A stretch of DNA of 64,000 bases from Lingula anatina (Eukaryota > Animalia > Brachiopoda): positions 9,978,587 through 10,042,586 of the forward strand of contig CM120648.1 of assembly GCA_051362555.1 (NCBI GenBank). The letters are read 5' to 3'. A program made the translations under genes and the position numbers. The notes under the pieces are model-generated. The model worked only from the letters and a program-made list of their open reading frames with translations. It was not told where the DNA came from and made no database searches. Shown piece after piece: positions 24,257 through 36,849 of the stretch (within the stretch, counting starts at the first letter, position 1; each line of letters starts with the position of its first letter).

Positions 24257-27200
24257 ATTTCGACTGAGAGATATGAACTCCTTTTTGCCAACAAATATTT
24301 TGGAAATACAACTTTTACAGAACTTTTAAAGACTACACTGATTAAGTATTATCTTACGATTTGGCACAAATAAAACGTTGAATTGATTTTGGTTGTGAAA
24401 TTCAGGTAAAAATCCACACGCTTTTTCTGTCTCGAATTGCTTGGTATTGTGTCTTCATTGTGTGGAGTACTCGGTATGCCAAATTAATTCAACGGACACA
24501 TCCGCAAACACCTCAAAGTCAGCTTGATCATACAGTCCGTCAAAGTAAAATGTACCCTTTTGATCTGCTATAATATATAGTGCGTCATCGTGTCGATCAT
24601 GATTTCTATATTGAAGCCGTTTTTATAAAAGTCACTAGTTCAAGATTGTCATAGTTCTGAGAACCAAGAAACGTGTACATAATTTTATATTTAATATTTA
24701 TTGAATGATTAAAGGTTTTAACAAAGTCTGTGTTCTTTTTCATGGAATTCTTAAGATTTCTAATAATGTTAAATACTGCACATGAACATGAATGCCCAAA
24801 AACCAGTGTCTACTTGTAGTGCAATATACTGCTTTGTAAGTAGCGTACCGTATTTGAACAACTTGGAAAAGCTTCGCTCTTCTGTAGCATTGAAGTTTTA
24901 ATAGTCTTACTTGAACTGACTCTCCATTCGCTTGTTGCATTTGACTTTGAATTAAGCCACAAAAAATTAAAAAGTCCATCGTATGTTTGTTACATACAAT
25001 AAGATCATGCTTACAGGTATTCTAAGAAAAAAAAAAACATTTCCCCTATTAACGTATTATTTTCAAACTTGTCTCTACAATTGTTTTTGATACTTTGTAT
25101 CCTTTTAAGCAATTACGCAATTTAATTATGAACGAATACTCGTGATTCCTCTATATAACTATGTCCTCCTGACATTTTACAGATAAAGATTGGAATCTTT
25201 GTTCTTTTCTTTTCTATACTTTCCCTCTTCATTCTGAGATAATCATTTTTAAGGTCGGAATGGAGAAAACAGCCTTTTCAGGATGTTTAGCCAAGGATTT
25301 ATGATTTTGAAACATTTTTAAACGCGTAGAGAACCATTCACCTCTATTCTATATATAGGTCACTTCGACCAGGCCAAAGTCGTTGACATCAATCTTCTGT
25401 CAGGCATTTGGCTTTCATAAACAAATGCGATGAAAATATTTCATATGTTAATATGTTCGTGGAGGGTAAGCGCTCAAATAATACATATATATGAAAATTG
25501 CGCTGTGAATTCCTATTATTACCCGTTATCTTAATATGGCACGTACAGGCGACAACGCAGGCCACTTTTCCCACTAAATCGTCCCCTGAGTAATAACAAG
25601 ATGATATCTATAAGGAAACCGCGCAGTAGCTGTACTGTATCCATCAGTGTGATATTTTGATATCCAAAAGAAGAGATCACAGCTTGTCACACTTTAGGAC
25701 CTAGATGTGTAGTATGACGGCCACCAGTACAAATAAATCTGGATTACAACAAAAGAAGAGAATTAGACAATAAATAAATAAATAAAAAAGAACCAATTCA
25801 TCCCATATTATATCAATCATAATGTTCTCATTTGATTGGTAAACAACTTATTATCTTTTGTCTTGTAGCACTTTTGACATGCTTTCATTTATTTATTTAT
25901 TTATGATAATACGGTTGATCAGACAAAAATGTCGCAATTTACTTTTTCTATAAAGATATTTTGAAATGAAAGATAATATGAAAAAGAATATCAAGATAGT
26001 GCAAAATGCCCTGTCCTTTTTTCTTTCTTTGCTGGCACAAGACCTTACCTGCGGTTTTATTGTCATAATATAAATATAATCACATCACTTACAAAGGGCA
26101 CAAGCTTATCACTAAACATAATTTCCTTAAACGAGAAACCCACATCACAGATAAGAGATGCCAACGCTTTGCCGTGCGTTTTATCAAAACCCAATCGTTT
26201 TATATAAATTAGGTTCACAGGACAAAGCTACAGCGTACACCCACCCTGAATTTCGAACTACGGAAAACTTTTTATTCAGCCCTTGCAAGAGGTTTAACGT
26301 GCATGAGTTATGAAGTAATTTTTGTCTCTTAAACCCAGGGTGATAAGGACTAGATTGGCGTGAAACAGTGTTTAAAGCTCTCAAAGCGAAATCATATCCC
26401 GGTACTTTTATTATTTCATAGGAAAACCATAAGAATATCTATTTTAGGCCGGTATCAATAATTAATCGCCGTTATTGTGCATAATCAGTATTTATTCTTG
26501 ACAATATAATTACAATATAAAAAGTGGAAAGGGTGTCATCATTTTTCTTTACACCCTGAGTTTTAAGTATACTGGGAAATTGCCCCTGATCAGCAGGCGT
26601 GAAAAGCAGCGATTTGCATAATGACAATAATGGCTACTAACAAAACAGTTAGATAGAAAAGCCGGATAAGAGGCATTCTTTACCAAATGCCCTTCTATCT
26701 GTCCAAGAAGTAACAAAATCGAGTGATGGAGATTTTAGAAAACGGGTACCCCCATCCAAGTTAAGAAACATTCTTTTTCATACAAGTAAAGAAAAGTAAG
26801 CGATTTAAGATTTAAAAAAAATCAAATTCCAGATATAAATTAACTTTTATTTACAAGACAATAAATACAACAGCTTTCAACCCCGATAAGTTAAAAATAA
26901 ATCAGTGTATTTGTAAACTATTATGAATGAAAAACCACTTCATTTGTTCAAAGTTGAGTCTATTCTTTTTGTCCGCTGATGGTAAGCAAATAACTGTAAA
27001 CAGAAACAAAACGTTACAAAATTTGATTTCCTTTATGTAATGAATGCTGAAAGATATTAACATTTGGAGAAAGCTATTTTATAAAAATCATAAATCCAGG
27101 GGATAACATTTTGTCGGTAGCATCCATATAATACCCAACCAATGATCTACGTAGTTGGTTTCTACTAACAAGTAAGAACTACCGATATACAGGACGTCCT

Positions 27201-27273
27201 TGTTAACTGCTATTCCAGATAGCAAATGCGTGGCCATTCACATAAAAAGTGAAATTATGAATTTATATGGATT

Positions 27274-29889
27274 TTAACCATTCCAAAAAACAACACCCCA
27301 AAACCATTCAAAAGTACCGCTATTCCAGATGGCGAACCCGGGCCTAGATATGTACGAATTACACTTTTGTGAAGTTTTAGGATAAATGTTAGAATCACAA
27401 ATACCCTTAAAGAAAGAATTATACTTGTTGCAGAAGTTCCTATCTTTATCTTCGTTGTAGTAATACTCGCACATGTTTCGCTGGTCTTCGTAGGTTAAAT
27501 AGCACGTGGTGGCCAACCAGGGTTGAACGCAGGTTTTGCTGACGTCATCAAAAACGGTCCCTGAAGCGCAGCTACGTCGCGTGAACACGTTGTTCAAGCA
27601 CTCAGCGTAGTTCGTGCAGGAGTTACAGAGCTGATAATTCCCGGCGTGTTTCCTTACACAGGCAAAGGAAGGATCATCGGGGATGGCGACGGTATAGGGG
27701 GGAAGCTCGTAGTCGGTCGGGCAATTCAAATCCCCGCAGTACTGACATACCAGGTTTTCGTCGAACAAAAAAGGTGGAACGTTGCCATCTGTTTGACGCT
27801 TTGGGCGCTTTCCTCTCTTTGCTTCAATTTTCATTCTCAGTTTCATTATGTCCGAAGTGTTTTTCTTTGGTTCTGAATAAAAACAAAATGAAGACGAGGT
27901 TAACTTTGCTAACATTTTCTGTACGTGCAAAGCCGCATTGTGGGTAAATATGGACCACATAATTAGTTTAACAAAATATACATGTAGGCCTAATAAGCAT
28001 ATAGATATCGTGTTGTTGACAATTATAAAAAGTAAAAATGAGGAAACAAAAGCGACACATCATCACAATGCACAGACCATGACATTTAAAATTCTCAAAG
28101 CCAAATCATTTACTTCCAGTAACAAGGGTTGCTAAAATTTTTGAAACAAAACAATTTCTTCTTTTTTACAAAATAAACTACATTGTAGACTTACTTATTT
28201 TCCCAAGTTTGGTCTTCACCAGGTTTGCCGTCCTTTGCGACATTTTCATGTCGCCACCAAACTCTACAATGCCGACCTTGTTGCACATGTCAGTGCTACA
28301 GACGCAGATGGTCGTGAGGACGGCGTTTTCCTCCACGTGGTGGCAGCCGACATCTTTGGAAACCCTGTCATAAAGGTTCGATATCCCGCCTCGCACGATT
28401 ATGGACGCGTTTGTATTCACTGAAACGGAATGACAGTCCACTTACAATGAAGAATTGAAGAAATGACTATTGGTATTCGTTTGAATATTTCAGTTCCGAG
28501 ATGAGTGCCAATATTTAGGCAGCTGACAAGTATAAGATTACATCTACTGAGTTGGATTATTAATAAAATTAATAATAAACTTAGCAAAGGAAATTTATCA
28601 AATAGAAATTATCATACTGTAAGGAGTTATTTTCATCAATGCTGTGTACAATGATTTTGGTATTTAAAATTACTTTTTTGTTTTAAATGAAATCGCCGAT
28701 CTTTAGTTTGCGTCATCATAGTGTGATTCATCAACAGCACAAAATGAAGTACCCACGCTTTTATCCTTGCTATTGTATTGTTTGAAACCAGTGCAATGTG
28801 GGAAAAGACTAATTATTCCCCACGCCAGTGGGGAAGAAATGCAAACCAGATTTCCATAAAGGCATAACTAGTCTGAAGAGTAAAATAATTACCAATAGGT
28901 GACCAAAATATTTTGAACAACTTAAAATGTTTATTTGAAGAACTTACGATTGATCTCTTTCTTGATGTAGCATTTCCCGGTTTTGTCCCCCTTCACTATG
29001 ACGTCATTCTCGTGATCTGGGCATGCGTACTCGGCACATCTCGGGTGTGTCTCAGAGGAGCACTCCAAACAATCCACTGTGTTCACCACCGGAGCTGATG
29101 TTAAAAATAGATATTTGATTAATATTTTTTCTCTAACATTTAATATACTGGCACGGTGTTCTAGTCAATTAAAAGAAAAGTTTCTGAAGCACATCTGTTA
29201 AAATGTTTTGAATTGATTATTGCAAGCTAAATATTATGTTTGACATCGGAGCGGTAAACAAACAATATACTCCCATTAATTGATTTCAAATTATTTAAAT
29301 AAGTTGGAATTGTGTTGTAAAGTAAATAAATAAATGCTAATGCTAAAACGATTTTTTAAAATTCTAAATCATTTCAGCTGAGCTTATATCAGAACATGGA
29401 AACCGTATTTGTGGTATTATGACGTCACTGCACCTCTTCATTACCCCACCCCTCCCACCTGACCCGCATGCTCCTAGTTCATTAACGTGATATGTTATTA
29501 AAACCAGGGGTGGATCCAGAAATATTTTCTGACAATCTTCCAACTTATCTCTGTTGATCCATCCTCTACTTTTGCCAGTCTTCCGACAGAAATAAATTAG
29601 CCTCTAGTCAATGTAAATTTGAAATTCTGACCATCTTCCCGAAGACCCAGACAGCAGCCTAAACCCGCCCTTGCCACTTACCTTGCACCGTGGGTATGCT
29701 GATGGGTCTGTACGGCACTGGACTTTGGATACCAAACAGACTACCCCAGTTTAAGAAAGCGCCGTGGCCGGAGAAGGAGTTTGACCAGTGTCTGATCTGT
29801 GACACTGCCGTTTGGGAACACAAGGACGCGATCACCAACGTGAAGCAGACGATAGTGTCACGTGATCTCAACATTGTTATGGCGCCCAT
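27274..29889 (-). CDS. Secreted Ly6/quiver-like plus CBM14 protein, gene B (392 aa), paralog of gene A
   Basis: Exons 29889-29682, 29094-28948, 28419-28195, 27872-27274, all phase 1 (1179 nt). Signal peptide; DCLEC...CY...RG...C...CVCSTDMCN; KRGKRPKR-QT; CQYCGDLNCPTD; CBM14 CVRKHAGNYQLCNSCTNYAEC...RSCASGTVFDDVSKTC. Confidence 0.85.
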
Positions 29890-30864
29890 TGTCTGAAAAA
29901 ATATGAGGACTATAGAGGGATCTGAACTAAGAAAAATGCATTTGTTTACAACACTGCTAGCTACATGTATATGTACACGTTTATGTAGGACTATTAAAAA
30001 GTTTTTGATTAATATCGTCTCATTGTTTTCAATTTTGCTATTGCACTGTTTGTGACCGACTTCACGCGTTCCAGGTGTCAAAATGTTGAGAATAATGTTG
30101 AGGTTAACAAAGGACTAAATACCGTGGTATATCTTAAATCTCACTGGCCAGCTTCCTTATTCAAATGTACAATTAAAATGTGGATCAATATGTTCTTATG
30201 TTTGTTAACAAAAAAATAATAAATAAATAAAATAAAATAAACTTGCGCGTAATGTTGTGTTTACATTTTTTATAGATAAGCCTAATGTGAATAAACTGTA
30301 GGAAGACCGTCACCAAAGGACAGCTTTGTTTTATATGTGAATATTTCAGAAAATTGACAACCGTAGCTTTCAGATTGACCCGAGATAAGTGCAGTCTGTG
30401 AAGAAAGACAAACTTTGTTGAAATCTCCTCGATCTCCATTGAAGGGGGCCGTCACTACGATTTTTCTGTTATAACTTAAAGTTCTCTAACATAAATTCGC
30501 CAAGCTTAAATGGCAAATATGACTTTCTGATTACTGAAGGATATGGTACCTCGAAATATTAGTCTAGAAAAGTGAAAAGGCAGACGAAAAAAAAAAACGA
30601 CTTCAGTACCGCACACCTTCCTCGTAAGGACTTTCGCGCTCTGGCAGTTTGACTGATATCTCAGTCCTTACATGTACACAAGTCAGTACAAGAAGATACA
30701 AAGTGAATAGAATCAAAGCACAAAAACGAACAACAAAAACTTACGTTTAGTCCAAACGATCCCTGAGTTGTTAACTAACAGAAAGTCGACATAACACGGG
30801 ATATACCTTCTTCACTCTGACCTCCAGGACAAGGAATCGACACAAACGAGTCTCCTCAATTTCC

Positions 30865-30878
30865 GTGTGACGTCACAC
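30865..30878 (-). promoter_or_regulatory. CRE palindrome GTGTGACGTCACAC upstream of gene B
   Basis: Perfect 14-bp palindrome about 1 kb upstream of the ATG, at a similar distance to the gene A motif. Confidence 0.4.
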
Positions 30879-32691
30879 CCATTACCGCAACACATTTGCT
30901 GGCTGAATTTTATCTCCTTCATTAACATGTGTTCACTAAGGCGGCGTGAGGACTCGATCTGATAGCGCAGTTCAGACGGCTGAGGGTTATTTTTGATACC
31001 CTCTGTAATTAACAGGTATAGATAAAGAAAGACAAACATGCAGGAATGCTGCGATTAAGAAACGCCGGGTTAGAGCTAAGGGAGTCAGGGATAAGGGTGA
31101 ATTATTAAGGGCATAAACGAGGGATTAACCAGACATGCTCAACTTTTTTTTACAAATATTTGTGCCAACCTATCGAAACCCCTAATGAATGATAAAAAAC
31201 AAAACAAAACACTTTCTTGAAACCATTTTTGCATCCGTGTTGAGAGGGGGGGGGGGGGGGGTAGTACGAAAGATATAGTTTACAGACTTTCCTTCTATAC
31301 AAGAGACGCTAAGTCTTCAGCAGGTTTTCTCTGAGGCGCGTGAAAAGCTCTGTTTCAAGAACATTTATGTCCCAAATATATTATTCGGAAGTGAACATAA
31401 TATTTCACTCTGATGGAAACCAATCGTATACTAAAACTACTGTGACCAAAAGTGACAGGCGACTATCGAAACTGTCATAAGGTGGATTTCACTTCTATGA
31501 CCGATGACTGATAATTTCATGGTTTGTTAATGTTTTAATTATTCAAACATGGAGGAAAGAGATTTTTAAAATCTTTATGACGTTATTAAAAGATAGTTAA
31601 GTTAAAAAAAATAATTAAAATCATCCTTTCAATAATTAATTATGGGTTAAATGAGTGACGTGTATCACATTTAATGAGGTATTGAAATTGTGACCACTCC
31701 CATTTTTAAGGTACAGTATATTATTGTGAACTTAAGATGTGGCTGAAACCTTAATCCAGGTTTAGCTTACTTAGAACTTACTTAGAATAAATACACGATA
31801 TGTGAATAGATACATGATGGGATAAATTATAAATATTTCCTCGCGCTTTAACAAGATTAATCAACTTGTTCAATGCATGTCTTTAATATTTCTCTATTTC
31901 CTGTCTTTTATCAAGTGATACACGCTAGATATAACTTAGCGGTTCAACATCACTTTGTTTATTTAATGCTGAATTTGCGGAACATAAATAAAATCTTATC
32001 ATTTCATCTATTTAAAACAATGATATTGGTGGTGTAATAACGTAATACTGTTTTAAGCTACACTGTCTATAGGATTATCTCCAAAATTGCCCATTACTTA
32101 AAACCCTCGATGTTTTTCATTCTCTTTCATATTCAGAGATAAGAAGGTCCGTTTCATTTTTGTTGTGGTCAAGCGACAAAGTGTACCTACATGTATATTC
32201 ATAAGCACGAAAGGTCGGTGTTACGATCTCATTCGTGACCTTGTGGTCAGAATTTCCGATGCTGACCGAAATTTCCTCATTCGGAAGTCTTTCGTTACTT
32301 TCACTGCTCTTGTTAATGTGAAGTGGGCGTTCCCAAGCCCACGCGTTTTTACTTTTGTGCATGGGGTTTGTGGAAGAGGAAAATGATCACAGTACATGCA
32401 TGGAATTAATATAATCCCACAGCATAATGTTGGCTTAAGGGGTGGTGGTGGGCAAAATATGAATGAATATTTTTACAGATAGAAAATTATTATACCCTTC
32501 CACCCGACTTCTTTCCTTTCCTTTGATAACGAGAAAAGATAATGGGAAATGAAACAGGAATTTACTGTCTATTGACATTGTTTTATTTCACTATTTTCCT
32601 ATGGTGATTCCTAAATGTTATTCGAGTTGTGAACACACCCTATTAATAATATATTTGTACGGGTGACGTAGTATAGCAGCTCACAATCCAA

Positions 32692-32763
32692 GCCGTGATC
32701 GTATAGTGGTTAGTACTTCTCGTTGTGGCCGAGACAACCCAGGTTCAAATCCTGGTCACGGCA
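32692..32763 (+). tRNA. tRNA-His: tRNA-His (GTG), copy 1
   Basis: GCCGTGA...TCACGGCA acceptor stem; TCTCG-TTGTGGC-CGAGA anticodon arm; T-loop TTCAAAT; 72 nt. Confidence 0.95.
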
Positions 32764-33218
32764 GAGCTGTGAATCTCTGTTACGGCAAGTGAGTCTTTAG
32801 ATTTTTATTCTCTTCTGAAATCAATTATTTTACTCACAATTTAAGCGATTTTGAATGTCTGAAAACGATGAGTATGGTGACTACCTGGCACGCTACAAGT
32901 ATAACGTCATGTATGTTATTGTGAAGGAAAATGTCCCAATTTGAGAGTCTTAAGATGGAGAGAAATCGATGATCCACGATTTTTGTTGTCACTGTCGATT
33001 ACCGGAGCAGGATCAGGAAATTACTTTTAATTCCTTTAATAAATTGATAGCGAGAGAATAAAAAACCGAAAATGAAAAAAGAATTAACTCTGTGTGGGTA
33101 TTTTCTATTTCACCATTTTCCTATTTTTATTTCTAAATGTTTTTCAAGTGATAAACACACCGTATTCATAATATATTAAGTTTGTACAGGTAACGCGATA
33201 TATCAACTCACAATCCAA

Positions 33219-33290
33219 GCCGTGATCGTATAGTGGTTAGTACTTCTCGTTGTGGCCGAGACAACCCAGGTTCGAATCCTGGTCACGGCA
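33219..33290 (+). tRNA. tRNA-His: tRNA-His (GTG), copy 2
   Basis: Identical to copy 1 except for the canonical T-loop TTCGAAT. Confidence 0.97.
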
Positions 33291-34269
33291 GAGCTATGAA
33301 TCTCTGTGAGCATTTATTTTTATCCCTTCGGAAATCAATCATTTTACTCACAATTTAAGCGGTTTTGAATGTCTGAAATAAAAAGAGTTTGCTTATTATC
33401 CGACACGCTACGAGTATGATGTCATGCAGGTTATTAATTGTGAAGGAAAATATGTGAATTTGAGAGCATGAGCTTTAAGATGGAGAGAAAGCTTTTTGTT
33501 GCCCCTGTCGATTACCGGAGCAGGATCCGGAAATTTCGTTTGATTGCGGTTGAGTTGAGTTGATTTGGGGCTGGACAGGACAGCTATCGAAGCACACTCA
33601 AATTAAAAGTCATGACAGGTGAAAATATGTTCTGTCGTTTGCTGTTGTGATGACCCATGTTGTTTCAATAGTTGCCATGACATTTCCTAATGAACTGCGT
33701 CACCAACACGACAAAGCACTTGTTGACGATAAAATATGCATAAGGGCGTAAAAGCATCTATTTGACATTGTATTGGACAAGGTCTGCAAGTTAATATAAT
33801 TATGTTTGAAAACATACAAAACGTTTAAGTTTGCTTTTTGCATGCTTGCAATTTAGATAAACACTGACTTTTGTGTCAGCACCATCATTCAACAGATGCG
33901 TACACGTACCTGGACAAGTGCCAAAAGTGTCTAAACTTTGTGATTTTTCAAGAACAAAATTTCTCAAATGTAATGTGTAAAAGATAATAAAATATGTGAA
34001 ATGTACGCATTCTGATATTTCTTCTGCGTAACTACGGGATTTTTTCAGACATAATGTCCCATAATGGGGATTCAAAGCAAGAATGCCAGTTGCGCGTGTA
34101 CATGAAATTAACCAAGTTAGCCGATTTCTTGGCCCACTTTATTGCATTCAAGTGAATGCGCTTTAATGTATCATTTCGCAACAATACCTACATGTTCTAG
34201 AAGCTTAGTATGACCTTTAATGATATGAATAAATCACACGTCAATAGACACACATTCAAACATACATGT

Positions 34270-34297
34270 GCACACACGCACATACACACACACACAG

Positions 34298-34331
<34 letters not shown>

Positions 34332-34332
34332 A

Positions 34333-34400
<68 letters not shown>

Positions 34401-34405
34401 GAGAA
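34270..34405. repeat. Compound (CA)n(GA)n microsatellite
   Basis: Directly visible. Confidence 0.95.
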
Positions 34406-34854
34406 TAACGGTTAACTACCATGATGAATACATTCACTGATTTTAAAGACTCCCTTTACCACTCCTCTTACTATGGGACCTCACTTCATTTAATGACGAT
34501 TTCACAATTGTGTGGATGGGCGATTTTAAAACGAAACGACTGTCAGCTAGCGGATGACACATAGACAGAACACTTACAAAAATAATCCATAAATCGATAT
34601 AATTATAAAGATGGACAACACTTATGGTGATAAATAAGGTCACAACTGGACTCTCGTCAATAGAAGGCTTGACATTCAACATTTTAATAATTAATGCCAT
34701 TTTTCCTTGCCACACGTCATCCGGAGTTTCATAGGTTTGTATGTGACGTATTCTCTACCAGCGGCACGCCTGCAGTCACGGCTCCCGGGCAACGTTCTGT
34801 AAAATCTCTGACATTCGACAATCGGGGTGTGGTGTTTACGACTACAGAACGCAG

Positions 34855-34862
34855 TATAAATA
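34855..34862 (+). promoter_or_regulatory. TATA box of the PAN-SRCR gene
   Basis: TATAAATA about 45-50 bp upstream of the ATG at 34906. Confidence 0.55.
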
Positions 34863-34905
34863 TACCGCAAAGGTCCACAACCGCAAACACAGAAGCGGCA
34901 CCGCG

Positions 34906-36493
34906 ATGACGCATGTTCTTGCAGTTTCTGCATTAACCACTGTAGTTCTTGCGTTTGCGCTTGCCACGCCTAGATACACAGTACAAGACACGGGGACTCT
35001 CTTTCACAAACCCGCCAGATGTGGCGAGGGATATCGGATGAATGACAACTATCGAGTGTCCACGGCTTTGGTCACGTTTAAAACGGAGTGTCACGTTCTT
35101 TGTCACCGAAAAGGCAGAGACTGTCGCTCTTTGGATGTAGAAACGCAGCCCGATGGTACTATAGCATGCTACTTTAACGTACTAGAGGCTGGAATGTTTA
35201 CCGCTAGTCTAGAAACCGCAGGCAATATAGCTCACTTTGAAAAGGTTAATCTTTTTATTATTTTTTTGCATGAAATATATTTTTTCATATTGGTGCATTA
35301 AATAATCAGTTTGAATCCTAAAGAAAATTTGAATACCAAAGAACTGCGGCACAATTGGTGCATTGTTCTAAATGTACTTTATCAACTTGAAAATCAATAT
35401 AAATAAGTAAGGGAAAGTGTTTAAAATGATTAAGTGATGTTTTCCCTTCATTTTGACAAATATCAGAATGTTTCACTTCAGGTGTCTAGAAGTGGTGACC
35501 AATGGACTTGTACAAACCCAGGTAATTTTGCCATCTTCTGTCTGTCATTTAATTAACTGATCAGAAGACCTTAGTAGCCTTAGACAATAAGAAAGGAATT
35601 CACGACACAGATCTTTGACGGAGTTGCAGTTTTAAAGCAATTTTTTGGCCGAACGAGGCATTAATTTGGTTTAGGACTTGTCAATTTTATTTTAGTCGTA
35701 TTAGAAACAAGTAGAAGTTGTTTACATGCATATGTGTTAAGGGGAATCCACTCTCGCTTAATATGTAACTTTAAGTCCGTTAGAATTTGGTTGTGATACA
35801 ATGATTAGTTGATTGATTGAAACACTTACGAATTATCTAAGTAACGTGTAGCTAGATGATTAATTGATTAATCAACTTGCTTAAAACCATTTAAGCAGTG
35901 CATAAAGGAAGATATAAACAAATTAATAAATAATAAGACAAACCAATCAATCAATCTATCAATTGGTTACCCAATCAATAAAGTAATGTGGAAATCAATT
36001 AATGAATGGGTTGATAAATTAATACTTTTTTGATTAATTATGAAGAATAGTATCTACATGCACACGTTAAAAAAAGCCGTGCACCTATAGCTCAGAGAAT
36101 GACAAACACTTTGAAATGACGAACTCGTTTCTTTCCTCAGTTTTCCAGTACGAGTACACCCTAGTCGGGAATAGCACGGCAGGGAGAGTTGAAGTATACT
36201 ACCCTAGCTCCTCTTCCGGTACCAGTGCCGGAGACTGGGGGACTGTCTGCGATGACAACTGGGACGACACTGACGCCATGGTATTCTGCAGATCGCTCGG
36301 ACTTAACTATAGAGGGGCGGTGGCTTTGCGTGGGAGCCAAGTGAAGGACGCGTTCGGGAAAGGGACCGGTCCCATCTGGTTCGACGAGGTGGACTGTGAT
36401 GGCTCGGAAACCGAAATCGGGCAGTGTAATCACGATGGTCTTGGATATAGCGATTGTACTCACGAAGAGGATGCTGGGGTTGTTTGCCAATAG
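34906..36493 (+). CDS. Secreted PAN/Apple plus single SRCR domain protein (243 aa)
   Basis: Exons 34906-35244, 35482-35521, 36141-36493 (732 nt, phases 0 and 1). Signal peptide; PAN-like ECHVLC...CRSL...CYFN; SRCR GRVEV...WGTVCDDNWD...FCRSLG...GTGPIWFDEVDCDGSE...CTHEEDAGVVC. Confidence 0.9.
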
Positions 36494-36566
36494 TCGCGAA
36501 ATAGCAGTCAACAGCTCAAATTCTTTTTACCCTTTTGTGACGTCAGAGGTTTATTCGTGTACACGT

Positions 36567-36849
36567 CAGTGGCGGATTTAGGGGGGGGGGGGGGTGGGGC
36601 AGGGGGTTCTGACCCATCCCTCTTTGATTTCTAAAAAAAAATCACACCATTGGTCCCCTCTTGAAATGAGAATTTTGACCAGCAAAATCATAGTTCCAAA
36701 TGGCACAGTACGCCCTCTAAAACCCCAATTTTATTTCGGGGCCCTTCACTGGGTCCCGAACCCCACGCCAGGGGGGGGGGGGGTGTGTGAGGGTCGGCTT
36801 TGCATCCGTGGACCCTCCCCATTTTTAAATAATCCTGGATCCGCCCCTG
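36567..36849. mobile_element. MITE (CAGTGGCGGAT...ATCCGCCCCTG); related copy at about 13825-14088
   Basis: Terminal inverted repeats, CACGT duplicated on both flanks, interior similar to 13860-14088. Confidence 0.75.

Noticed and set aside
34210-34440. HT/ER and SL/CV repeat ORFs (also near 14618, 43358, 48460, 63119)
   Set aside because: Translations of microsatellites.
34694-34933. Short ORFs upstream of the PAN-SRCR gene
   Set aside because: They overlap the TATA promoter region and have no recognisable motifs.
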